Source: an uncultured bacterium
Lineage (GTDB): Bacteria > Vulcanimicrobiota > Xenobia > Xenobiales > Xenobiaceae
Assembly (NCBI GenBank): GCA_958366945.1
Contig: CATXCY010000001.1
Coordinates: 118,496-182,495, forward strand
Direction: 5' to 3'
Length of the DNA: 64,000 bases
Position numbers and translations under genes: made by a program. Positions within the stretch are counted from its first letter, which is position 1, and each line of letters starts with the position of its first letter. Below the pieces are notes generated by a model that ran no database searches, was not told the origin of the DNA, and saw nothing but the letters and a program-made list of their open reading frames with translations. This document shows positions 42,265 through 50,907 of the stretch, in pieces.

Positions 42265-42744
42265 TTATTCTTCGTCTTCTCCGTCATCTTCTTCGCTAAG
42301 CTCACCAGAGTAGATAGACACTTCACGGATCATACAATCTAACTGAGCCGCGCTAAGCTGACTAACTGGACATGCTGCTTGTAAGATAACATATTCGCAA
42401 TCGTCGCCCTTACTAATCATTAAGCGACTATAAATGAGGTTCTGGTCGCAGAAGCGCAATAATTCAGCCGGATCCAAATCTTCGCTGTATTCACCAATTT
42501 CAGCTTCTACTACTACAGCTTCGGCTTCATGGTACATGGCATCGTCGACATCGACCATGAAAACATCTACTTCAGGCTGATCATCCTGATAAACGCGGAA
42601 AACATTTTCTTCCGGAATCCATTCGGCTTCCATGTGCTCATCATGATATTTGGCGTAAACAATGAGCTCATCCATTAAATTGTTAAGATATTCCGGGGCC
42701 TCTAAAGACTCTTCTTCAGGATTTACAGCTTCAGGATCGGTCAT
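42265..42744 (-). CDS. Small highly acidic protein (YbjN-like?), translationally coupled upstream of the HD-domain gene.
   Basis: 159 aa with pI clearly acidic (many D/E; C-terminus EEDDGEDEE). Only a 3-nt gap to the HD-gene start, so likely an operon. Confidence 0.45.
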   Translation of the reverse strand: MTDPEAVNPEEESLEAPEYLNNLMDELIVYAKYHDEHMEAEWIPEENVFRVYQDDQPEVDVFMVDVDDAMYHEAEAVVVEAEIGEYSEDLDPAELLRFCDQNLIYSRLMISKGDDCEYVILQAACPVSQLSAAQLDCMIREVSIYSGELSEEDDGEDEE

Positions 42745-42861
42745 AAGAAAAAACTCCTAAATACAGGCGGAAGTTTGCCGGAAAAGGCTCCGCCTTTGAC
42801 AAAATTGTGCCGTTCCTAGTTCTATTAGGGTTACTCTTTCACCTTTTATAGCGCCCCAATA

Positions 42862-42906
42862 GAAAAAGGCTGCTGCCGAGAAAGAAGATAACTCGGCAAC
42901 AGCCTT
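42862..42906 (-). terminator. Terminator hairpin for nuclease paralog 1, on the minus strand.
   Basis: AAGGCTGCTGCCGAG...CTCGGCAACAGCCTT with a flanking A/T run. Confidence 0.4.
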
Positions 42907-42962
42907 CAATAAGCTATAAAGTTTCGATCTTCCGCAGCAGCAACAGACTGAAACCTTGTTGC

Positions 42963-44042
42963 TTACTTGTCGAGACCCTGAGGGGCAAAGTCATTTTCAG
43001 CAGTCAAACGCACTGGCTCTTTGGTAATATCGCCGATATTGCCAAAGTGCAAATCAGTCATTTGTTCAAGCTGCTTCTGAGGAACCTGATAAACGCTGAA
43101 TTTATCGGGATCGAAGCCAGAAATACCTAAAGTATGATCGCTCTCAATGATGTCTTTCTGAGAAAGTACAAAGGAAGCGCTCTTTAAGTTGCCAGTTTTC
43201 TCGTCAGCCCAAACTACAGTTTTGAAGAACTGCATAGGAATCTGAACGGGCTTCTTCATGGCTCCGTTGTTGGTGAACTTAGGATCGTCATCAGAGAAGA
43301 TGGGGCCGGTGATTACGGTCATCTTCTGATTACCGCTGGTAGCACTGTCGAGAACATGATTTTCCAAGTTTAACCATTCTTTTTGGTTTAAACCGGCATG
43401 CTGTAAGGTAGCGTTGCAATAGCTAAAAGTATCATTATTAGCTTGTTTGGCCTCTTTACCCCAGCAAGGATCTAAGCGGCGCACCATGTGGCCCTTATCG
43501 ATATCATTGTTCCTGTAAGCTTCGTTGCCCAACTGGCATTCGCGGGGAATACGACCATCGAGTTCCCATTTGCCGCTGCGGGGCAAGTCTTGGTGAGTAG
43601 CACCATCGATATTGGAAATGGTGTAGAAGCACTGTTTGCGCTCACCATTCATAACGATGGAGAAGTGAGTATAAGGTAAAACATACTCGCCAGGCTTGTC
43701 GGTACGCATAGCCACTTTGTCTTTAATGGAACTGCCCAACTCGGGAAGAGGAAGCTCTTTACCTAAGAAAGAGCTGTCATAACCGGCACGATTGCGATAC
43801 ATGTTGACGCCGTCGCCTTGGACAGTGATGGGGCCCTCAGCCTTTTGGGCTTGAGCACTGGCGTGGCTCTTGAAAAGTCTGCCGGCGCTGGCAAAGGCTT
43901 GCTCGTTAGCGAAGTCTCTGTTGTCGTCATGGACGAACACATCCTTGCTGCTTCCCTGGAAGCCTTCGGGACGGCTGACAGAATTTTCAATCATCTGAGG
44001 ATTGTTAAATAACGAGCTGCTAGAGATACTGTTAATTCCCAT
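42963..44042 (-). CDS. DNA/RNA non-specific endonuclease (EndoG/NucA family), paralog 1 of 6.
   Basis: Start refined to ATG 44042 (MGINSISSSS) with GGAG upstream; tracker ORF extends to 44159. Catalytic DKGHMVRRLDPCWG (DRGH-type His-Me finger) and NATLQHAGLNQKEWLNLENHV (Mg-binding Asn/Glu). Confidence 0.8.
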   Translation of the reverse strand: MGINSISSSSLFNNPQMIENSVSRPEGFQGSSKDVFVHDDNRDFANEQAFASAGRLFKSHASAQAQKAEGPITVQGDGVNMYRNRAGYDSSFLGKELPLPELGSSIKDKVAMRTDKPGEYVLPYTHFSIVMNGERKQCFYTISNIDGATHQDLPRSGKWELDGRIPRECQLGNEAYRNNDIDKGHMVRRLDPCWGKEAKQANNDTFSYCNATLQHAGLNQKEWLNLENHVLDSATSGNQKMTVITGPIFSDDDPKFTNNGAMKKPVQIPMQFFKTVVWADEKTGNLKSASFVLSQKDIIESDHTLGISGFDPDKFSVYQVPQKQLEQMTDLHFGNIGDITKEPVRLTAENDFAPQGLDK

Positions 44043-44496
44043 TTTTATCTGCTCCATTACCGAAGCCTGCTTCGCCTTAAAGCAGGCTAAATTCCTGATT
44101 TTAAATGCCTTACACAGACAAAATATCTTCAGGCGTGACATGCTCCTTAAGCTTAACAAAATTTGCTAAACTTAAGGCTTCTGAGATGTTGATGAACCGC
44201 ACCTCCAAAAAATTTGAAAGTACAAGCTCTATCTTAGTAGGTGATGTCCCACCTACATGCTGCTCAGCTTCAAAGTTCCCTTGTATGCAATGATACAAAG
44301 AAAAATATTGGAGCTAAGTAACGTTTTATATAATCTTTTCCTCCCCTTTCTCCTAAATATTAGCAGTCAATTAGGCAAAAATGTTCCTTTTTTATGAACT
44401 TTTAGTTAACGTATCAAAAAATGAGCCGTCTGCTGCAAAATATTTTTACAGCGCGGCCCATCTATATTTACCTAATATGTAGCTAAGTTAAATACT

Positions 44497-45603
44497 TTAG
44501 CTGAGTTTAGGAGCGTAATTGTTGTCAGCGCTTAAGCACATAGCTGTTTCGGTAATATCGCCGATATTGCCAAAGTGCAAATCAGTAAGACGCTCGACTT
44601 CTTTCTGCGGCACTTGATAAATTTTAAATTCACCGGGATCGAAGCCTTTGCCCTTATTCTTCTTAGCTTTAAAGAGAGAGCTATCATTATTGATAATATC
44701 TTTTTGAGAGAGAATAAAGGAAGCGCTCTTTAAGGTGCCTTTTTCATTCCAAACTACAGTTTTGAAAAACTGTAAAGGAATTTGGGTAGCTTCTTTCATG
44801 GCGCCTTTATTGTCGAACTTCGGATCGTCATCGGCAAAAATAGGGCCAGTAATTACAGTCATTTTTTGACCGGAACCGCGAGCTGAATTTAAAACGTGAT
44901 CTTCTAAACGCAACCACTCTTTTTTATTGAGACCAGCGTGTTGTAAAGCGGAGTTGCAATAGCTGAAAGTATCCTCACCAGCTAACTTGGCATTTTGGCC
45001 CCAACAAGGATCTAAGCGACGCACCATGTGACCGCGATCAATGCTATTTCCGCCGTAAGCTTCGTCACCAAGCTGATATTTGCGAGGAATGCGGCCATCT
45101 AAAGTCCAGGTACCTTCACGTTTTACGCTGCGAGAAGCTCTACCATCAATATTACAAATAGCGTAGAAGCATTGCTTGCGCTCTTTATTCATTACTACTG
45201 AATAGTTGGTGTAAGTAAGCTCACACTCACCAGGCTTATCGGTGCGCATAGCCACTTTATTCTGAATGGAAGAACCTAAGCCGGGCAAAGGAAGTTCTAC
45301 GCCCAAGAAAGATTTGTCGTAGCCGTTGCGCCCCTCAAACATGCTGACAGGCTCGCCTTGCACGGAGATCAAAGAAGAAGCGGAATTAGTTTGTTGAGCT
45401 TCGCGACCACAACTTTGGAAAAGACGACCAGCCTTGGCGAATTCTTGCTCTTTAGTAAATTGAGCGCTCTCGTCACGAACAAAAACATCTTTGCCCGTAC
45501 CCTGAAAGCCTTCAGGACGGCTGACACTATTCTCAGAGACCTGAGTGTTAATATATAAAGAATTGCTGGAAATGCTGCCTATTCCCACTGAAAATAGCTC
45601 CAT
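44497..45603 (-). CDS. EndoG/NucA-family nuclease, paralog 2.
   Basis: MELFSVGIGSISSNS...; DRGHMVRRLDPCWG; NSALQHAGLNKKEWLRLEDHVL. GGGGGGAG Shine-Dalgarno. Confidence 0.8.
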   Translation of the reverse strand: MELFSVGIGSISSNSLYINTQVSENSVSRPEGFQGTGKDVFVRDESAQFTKEQEFAKAGRLFQSCGREAQQTNSASSLISVQGEPVSMFEGRNGYDKSFLGVELPLPGLGSSIQNKVAMRTDKPGECELTYTNYSVVMNKERKQCFYAICNIDGRASRSVKREGTWTLDGRIPRKYQLGDEAYGGNSIDRGHMVRRLDPCWGQNAKLAGEDTFSYCNSALQHAGLNKKEWLRLEDHVLNSARGSGQKMTVITGPIFADDDPKFDNKGAMKEATQIPLQFFKTVVWNEKGTLKSASFILSQKDIINNDSSLFKAKKNKGKGFDPGEFKIYQVPQKEVERLTDLHFGNIGDITETAMCLSADNNYAPKLS

Positions 45604-45643
45604 TGTTCTCCCCCCACTGTAATATATGCAAAGTTCTCTATTT

Positions 45644-45683
45644 CAAAAAAAGCTGCTCGACTTATTAAAATCGAGCAGCTTTC
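45644..45683 (-). terminator. Rho-independent terminator downstream of paralog 3.
   Basis: AAAGCTGCTCGA...TCGAGCAGCTTT flanked by an A-run (U-run on the minus strand). Confidence 0.55.
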
Positions 45684-45703
45684 TACTCAGCTAAAACAAA
45701 ATG

Positions 45704-46822
45704 CTAGCTTAACTTAGGAGCGTAATCGTTCTCGGCAGTTAAGCGCATAGGCTTCTCGGTGATGTCACCGATATTGCCAAAGTGCAAATCGGTCATTTGC
45801 TCGAGTTGCTTCTGAGGCACCTGGTAAACGCTGAAGCGGCCGGGATCTACACCCTTGCTCTTAAAGAGAGAGTGATCTTTATTGATAATGTCTTCCTGAG
45901 AGAGCACGAAAGAGGCGCTCTTAAGCTTGCCACCATCGTTCCAGACCACGGTCTTGAAGAACTTCATGGGGATCTGGGTAGCTTCTTTCATTCTGCCCTT
46001 GTTGTCAAACTTAGGATCGTTTTCAGAGAAGATCGGGCCAGTGATAACGGTAAGTTTCTGCTTTTCTTTGCCAGTAGTGGCGCTGTCCAAAACGTGGTTT
46101 TCTAAGCAGAGCCATTCTTTTTGGTTCAAAGCACCATGCTGCAAGGTGGCATTGCAATAGCTGAAAGTATCACGGCTGGCGCGCAGAGGATCGTCGCCCC
46201 AGCAAGGATCTAAGCGGCGCACCATGTGGCCCTTATCGATATTGTTGCCGCCATAAGCTTCGTTGCCCAACTGGTATTCACGAGGAATACGACCGTCGAT
46301 AGTCCAGTTGCCATCGCGCTTTACTTCCTGGTGGCTGTTACCGTCGATATTGCAAATAGCATAGAAGCACTGTTTGCGCTCTTTGTTCATTACTACGGAG
46401 TAGTTGGTGTAAGTGAGCTCGCTCTTGCCAGGCTCATCGGTACGCATAGCGACCTTGTCTTTAATAGAATCGCCCAAACCAGGTAAAGGAAGATCTACGC
46501 CCAAGAAAGACTTGTCGTAGCCGTTGCGACCTTCAAACATGTTGACGCTCTCGATATCGACACCGGAAGCGGCAGACATAATATTGGTTTGCTGAGTCTC
46601 CTCAGGATTGGCTTGAGGCTGAGCCTCGCGCTGGCAGCTTTGGAAAAGGCGACCGGCCTTAGCAAAATCCTGCTCTTTGACAAACTGAGCGTTATCATCG
46701 TGTACAAATACGTCTTTGCCAGTACCCTGGAAACCTTCAGGACGACGAATAGAGCTCTCAGAGATTTGAGTGTTAGTATATAAAGAACTACCAGAAATAC
46801 TTCCGATACCCATTGTGAACAA
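45704..46822 (-). CDS. EndoG/NucA-family nuclease, paralog 3.
   Basis: TTG start at 46822, or ATG at 46813 (MGIGSISGSS). DKGHMVRRLDPCWG; NATLQHGALNQKEWLCLENHVL. Confidence 0.8.
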   Translation of the reverse strand: MFTMGIGSISGSSLYTNTQISESSIRRPEGFQGTGKDVFVHDDNAQFVKEQDFAKAGRLFQSCQREAQPQANPEETQQTNIMSAASGVDIESVNMFEGRNGYDKSFLGVDLPLPGLGDSIKDKVAMRTDEPGKSELTYTNYSVVMNKERKQCFYAICNIDGNSHQEVKRDGNWTIDGRIPREYQLGNEAYGGNNIDKGHMVRRLDPCWGDDPLRASRDTFSYCNATLQHGALNQKEWLCLENHVLDSATTGKEKQKLTVITGPIFSENDPKFDNKGRMKEATQIPMKFFKTVVWNDGGKLKSASFVLSQEDIINKDHSLFKSKGVDPGRFSVYQVPQKQLEQMTDLHFGNIGDITEKPMRLTAENDYAPKLS

Positions 46823-46972
46823 CCCCTAGTTTTCTCCCCACCCCAGACCTTGTTTACCAATAAATACTACAGAATTTAAAATACTATTTGTGCACAAAAT
46901 TGTAACAAGCTTGTCAAATTTTCATTTAAAGTCGCATTTTTTAGTTTGTAGCTTATGATTAAGCTCCAGAAC

Positions 46973-47020
46973 AAAAAAAAGCGCCTTGCTCTTTATTTTT
47001 TCAAGAGCAAAACGCTTCTC
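46973..47020 (-). terminator. Rho-independent terminator downstream of paralog 4.
   Basis: GCGCCTTGCTCTT...AAGAGCAAAACGC with an A8 run. Confidence 0.55.
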
Positions 47021-47038
47021 ATCTAAATGCTCAGTTCC

Positions 47039-48226
47039 TTACTTATCTAAACCTACGGGAGCATAGTTATTTTCTGCAGTCAAACGCACGGCTTTTTTGC
47101 AAGTATCGCCAATGTTGCCGAAATGCAAATCGGTAAGGCGCTCAACTTCTTTTTGAGGCACTTGATAGACATCGAAACGGCCAGGCTCAAAACCGCCTTT
47201 AAGCTTAATGGTGTCATCTTCTTTGATAATATCTTCCTGGGAAAGAATGAAAGAAGCGCTCTTTAAATTGCCAGTTTTTTCGTCGGCCCAAACGACTGTT
47301 TTGAAGAATTTCATAGGAATCTGGGCAGGCTCTTTCATCTTGCCATTATTGTCGAACCAAGGGTCGTTCTCGGAGAAAATAGGGCCAGTAATTACACTCA
47401 TCTTTTGACCGCTGGCAGAATTGAGCACATGGTCTTCTAAAGCGAGCCATTCATCTTGGTTTAAACCGGCATGTTGCAAAGAAGCGTTGCAATAGCTGAA
47501 AGTGTCACGGCTAGCTAATTCGGCATTGCTACCCCAGCAAGGATCTAAGCGACGTACCATGTGGCCCTTGTCGATATTGTTGCGTTTGTAAGCTTCATCG
47601 CCCAATTGGTATTCACGAGGAATGCGGCCATCTAAAGTCCAGTTGCCGGAACGCTTAACAGCGTGCTGGCTATTACCGTCGATATTGCAAATAGCGTAGA
47701 AGCACTGCTTGCGCTCTTTATTCATTACTACGGAGTAGTTGGTGTAAGTAAGCTCGCTCTCGCCGGGCTTGTCAGTACGCATAGCCACTTTATCTTGAAT
47801 GGAAGAGCCAAGTTGAGGCAAAGGAAGCTCGGTACCTAAGAAGTTTTTGTCGTAGCCATTGCGACCATTAAACATACTGACTTTGTCGCCTTGAATTGTA
47901 ACTACACCAGAAGCGGAATCAGCTTGCTGAGATTCGCGATTCCCACTTTGGAAGAGACGACCAGCTTTAGCAAAGTCCTGCTCTTTAACAAACTGAGCAT
48001 TATCATCATGAACAAAGACATCTTTGCCAGTACCCTGGAATCCTTCAGGACGGCTGATAGAGCTTTCAGGAACCTGATTATTTATATACAAAGAGCTGCC
48101 AGAAATACTTCCGATACCCACAGTAAACGACTCCGATTTTTTCCCCGCCCCAAAACTTTCTAACTCAGTAGATACTACAGAATTTAAACGACTGGTTAGG
48201 CACAAAAATGTAACAAAATTGACCAA
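47039..48226 (-). CDS. EndoG/NucA-family nuclease, paralog 4.
   Basis: Likely true start is GTG at 48121 (VGIGSISGSS) with GGAG 11 nt upstream; the tracker ORF begins at 48226. DKGHMVRRLDPCWG; NASLQHAGLNQDEWLALEDHVL. Confidence 0.8.
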   Translation of the reverse strand: MVNFVTFLCLTSRLNSVVSTELESFGAGKKSESFTVGIGSISGSSLYINNQVPESSISRPEGFQGTGKDVFVHDDNAQFVKEQDFAKAGRLFQSGNRESQQADSASGVVTIQGDKVSMFNGRNGYDKNFLGTELPLPQLGSSIQDKVAMRTDKPGESELTYTNYSVVMNKERKQCFYAICNIDGNSQHAVKRSGNWTLDGRIPREYQLGDEAYKRNNIDKGHMVRRLDPCWGSNAELASRDTFSYCNASLQHAGLNQDEWLALEDHVLNSASGQKMSVITGPIFSENDPWFDNNGKMKEPAQIPMKFFKTVVWADEKTGNLKSASFILSQEDIIKEDDTIKLKGGFEPGRFDVYQVPQKEVERLTDLHFGNIGDTCKKAVRLTAENNYAPVGLDK

Positions 48227-48235
48227 AAGAAAAAT
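48174..48235 (-). promoter_or_regulatory. Conserved promoter-like element upstream of the nuclease paralogs.
   Basis: Plus-strand motif TACTACAGAATTTAAA...TTAGGCACAAAAATGTAACAA...TTGACCAAAAG. Homologous copies occur at 46865-46925 and 49587-49650. Sits between each terminator and the next start codon. Confidence 0.4.
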
Positions 48236-48276
48236 AAAAGCGCTCTGGCTTCAATATGAAACCAAAGCGCTTATTT
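48231..48276 (-). terminator. Rho-independent terminator downstream of paralog 5.
   Basis: AGCGCTCTGG...CCAAAGCGCT with an A-run. Confidence 0.55.
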
Positions 48277-48318
48277 AAGCGTGCCGACTACAATGCGGCT
48301 TCCGCTTAGTGATATTTA

Positions 48319-49434
48319 CTAGGCTAACTTAGGAGCGTAGTCATTCTCAGCGGTCAAGCGCATAGGCTGCTCGGTGATGTCGCCAATATTGCCAAAGTGC
48401 AAATCGGTGAGGCGCTCAACTTCTTTCTGAGGCACCTGGTAAACTTCGAAGCGATCGGGATCGAAACCGCCCTTAGCACCTAAGGAACCGTCACCATTGA
48501 TAATGTCTTCCTGAGAAAGGATGAAGGAAGCGCTCTTGAGCTCTTTGCCTTCGGTCCAAACCACAGTCTTGAAGAACTTCATAGGAATCTGGGCCGGTTC
48601 TTTCATCTTGCCATGGTTGTTGAAGGAAGGATCGTCTTTGGAGAAGATAGGGCCGGTAATGACGGTCATCTTCTGGCCTTTAGCAGAATTGAGAACGTGG
48701 TCTTCGAGCTGGAGCCACTCTTTCTGGTTTAAACCAGCGTGCTGTAAGGAAGAGTTGCAATAGCTGAAAGTGTCATGGCTAGCCAAATCGGCGTTTTTGC
48801 CCCAGCAAGGATCTAAGCGGCGAACCATGTGGCCTCTGTCTATATTGTTGTCGGCATAGGCTTCGTTGCCGAGCTGGTATTCGCGAGGAATACGACCATC
48901 GAGGCTCCAGCTGCCGGAACGCTTAACATCGCGATGAGTAGTGCCATCAATGTTGCAAATGGCATAGAAGCACTGCTTGCGCTCTTTGTTCATTACTACG
49001 GAGTAGTTGGTGTAAGTAAGTTCGCACTCGCCGGGCTTGTCGGTGCGCATAGCCACTTTGTCTTTAATGGAATCGCCAAGGCCGGGCAAAGGAAGCTCTA
49101 CACCCAAGAAGGCTTTGTCGTAACCATTGCGGCCTTCGAACATGCTTACGCCGTCGGGCTTAACTTCGCGGGGACCTTTAGGACCGTTAGGGCCTTGAGC
49201 GCCATCATTCCTGCGGCGATTCTTTCTCTTGGCGATTTCGAAACTGTTGTCGTTTACGCTCTGGAAGAGGCGACCAGCTTTAGCAAACTGCTGCTCTTTG
49301 GTGAGCTGAGCGTCGTCGTCATGAACGAATACGTCTTTGCCAGTGCCCTGGAAACCTTCAGGACGTTTGATAGAGCTCTCAGAAACCTGAGTGTTAGTAT
49401 ATAAAGAATTACCAGAAATGCTTCCGATACCCAT
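48319..49434 (-). CDS. EndoG/NucA-family nuclease, paralog 5.
   Basis: MGIGSISGNS...; DRGHMVRRLDPCWG; NSSLQHAGLNQKEWLQLEDHVL. Unique basic linker (RKNRRRNDGAQGPNGPKGP). Confidence 0.8.
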   Translation of the reverse strand: MGIGSISGNSLYTNTQVSESSIKRPEGFQGTGKDVFVHDDDAQLTKEQQFAKAGRLFQSVNDNSFEIAKRKNRRRNDGAQGPNGPKGPREVKPDGVSMFEGRNGYDKAFLGVELPLPGLGDSIKDKVAMRTDKPGECELTYTNYSVVMNKERKQCFYAICNIDGTTHRDVKRSGSWSLDGRIPREYQLGNEAYADNNIDRGHMVRRLDPCWGKNADLASHDTFSYCNSSLQHAGLNQKEWLQLEDHVLNSAKGQKMTVITGPIFSKDDPSFNNHGKMKEPAQIPMKFFKTVVWTEGKELKSASFILSQEDIINGDGSLGAKGGFDPDRFEVYQVPQKEVERLTDLHFGNIGDITEQPMRLTAENDYAPKLA

Positions 49435-49649
49435 GTTTTACAATTCCTATCCCTTTAATTAGGCTTTGCAGAAAACTCTGGTAGTCACAAAAACTGTCAA
49501 AGCTTTCAACGAATCGAGACAAGCCAGCTACTATCTAAAACGCAGACAACAGATACGCTTGCTCAAAAAACATTAACTGAACAGATACTACAGAATTTAA
49601 AAGTCTAATTAGGCAAAAAAATGTTACAACTTGGCCAAAAAACTTTTTA

Positions 49650-49696
49650 AAAATAAAATGCGCTCCAAAGCCAAAGCTTTTGAAGCGCATTCAATT
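49650..49696 (-). terminator. Rho-independent terminator downstream of paralog 6.
   Basis: AATGCGCT...GAAGCGCATT with an A-run. Confidence 0.55.
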
Positions 49697-49716
49697 AGCT
49701 ATTTTATATATAAGAT

Positions 49717-50772
49717 TTAGTTTAACTTGGGAGCGTAGTCGTTCTCAGCGGTCAGGCGCATAGGCTGCTCGGTGATGTCGCCGATGTTGCCAAAGTGCAA
49801 GTCGGTGAGACGCTCAACTTCTTTCTGAGGCACCTGGTAAACTTCAAAGCGATCGGGATCGAAGCCACCTTTAATGCCCAAAGAGCTGTCGTTGTTGATG
49901 ATATCTTCCTGAGAGAGGATGAAGGAAGCGCTCTTGAGCTCTTTGCCATCATTCCAAACTACAGTTTTGAAGAATTTCATGGGGATCTGAGTAGGCTCAT
50001 CCATCATACCGTTGTTATCAAACTTTGGATCGTCTTTGGAGAAGATGGGGCCGGTAATAACGGTCATTTTTTGACCTTTAGCAGAACCGAGCACGTGATC
50101 TTCAAGTTTGAGCCATTCTCTCTGGTTCAAGCCACCATGTTGCAAAGCGGCGTTGCAATAAGTGAAGGTGTCACGGCTAGCCAATTCGGGATCCTTACCC
50201 CAGCAAGGATCTAAGCGGCGAACCATGTGGCCCTTGTCAATATTGTTATCTTTGTAGGCTTCGTTGCCCAACTGGTACTCGCGAGGAATACGACCATCGA
50301 TAGACCAGCTGCCGGAACGTCTGACATTGCGATGGCTGGTGCCGTCAATATTGCAAATAGCGTAGAAGCACTGCTTGCGCTCTTTGTTCATAACGACAGA
50401 GAAGTTAGTATAGGTGAGTTCGCTCTCACCAGGTTTGTCGGTGCGCATGGCAACTTTGTCTTTAATGGAAGAGCCGAGCTCAGGTAAAGGAAGTTCGGTG
50501 CCCAAGAAGTTTTTGTCGTAGCCATTGCGGCCTTCATACATACTGACGCCTTCGATTTCAATTTCGGAAGCGGCATTGACGTGTCCGGCCTGAGTGCTCT
50601 GGAAGAGACGACCAGCTTTAGCGAATTGCTGTTCTTTGGTGAACTGAGAGCTTTCGTCGCGAACGAAGACATCTTTGCTAGTGCCTTGGAAACCTTCGGG
50701 ACGCTTAACGTCGCTCTGCTGGATATTATTAAAGGCAGTAAAAGAACTGCTGGATATGCTACCTAAACCCAT
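49717..50772 (-). CDS. EndoG/NucA-family nuclease, paralog 6.
   Basis: MGLGSISSSS...; DKGHMVRRLDPCWG; NAALQHGGLNQREWLKLEDHVL. Confidence 0.8.
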   Translation of the reverse strand: MGLGSISSSSFTAFNNIQQSDVKRPEGFQGTSKDVFVRDESSQFTKEQQFAKAGRLFQSTQAGHVNAASEIEIEGVSMYEGRNGYDKNFLGTELPLPELGSSIKDKVAMRTDKPGESELTYTNFSVVMNKERKQCFYAICNIDGTSHRNVRRSGSWSIDGRIPREYQLGNEAYKDNNIDKGHMVRRLDPCWGKDPELASRDTFTYCNAALQHGGLNQREWLKLEDHVLGSAKGQKMTVITGPIFSKDDPKFDNNGMMDEPTQIPMKFFKTVVWNDGKELKSASFILSQEDIINNDSSLGIKGGFDPDRFEVYQVPQKEVERLTDLHFGNIGDITEQPMRLTAENDYAPKLN

Positions 50773-50907
50773 TTAGTTAAACCAACCTAGTTTTAGACAT
50801 ATTTCCCCCCTTGCAGCTATACTACACAATAAAAGATGTTTATTATACAGAAACTATTTACAAAAATATTAACATGAGCCCAGAATCCTTTAAAATTAAC
50901 TGTTCGT

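Larger units (their letters stand above)
42963..50772 (-). repeat. Tandem array of six diverged nuclease gene copies (~1.1-1.2 kb units).
   Basis: Paralogs share DNA stretches, e.g. an identical 36-nt stretch at 43023-43058 and 44551-44586. The upstream element TACTACAGAATTTAAA recurs at 46865, 48174 and 49587. Confidence 0.8.

Noticed and set aside
46495-46860. 121-aa minus-strand ORF overlapping the 5' end of nuclease paralog 3 in another frame.
   Set aside because: It overlaps the well-supported nuclease start region out of frame. Its product is low-complexity with no motif.
43488-50766. Plus-strand ORFs (60-191 aa) scattered through the nuclease array, e.g. 45782-46105, 46226-46486, 48829-49404, 49795-50214.
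   Set aside because: They are antisense to nuclease genes that have intact catalytic motifs. They recur simply because the paralogs are similar. They show no independent signals. They were initially considered as candidate interleaved immunity genes but do not qualify.
42963-50772. Whether the regularly spaced repeats could be a CRISPR array or IS/transposon cluster.
   Set aside because: The repeat units are ~1.1 kb protein-coding paralogs, not 25-40-nt direct repeats with spacers. There is no transposase, no terminal inverted repeats and no cas genes.
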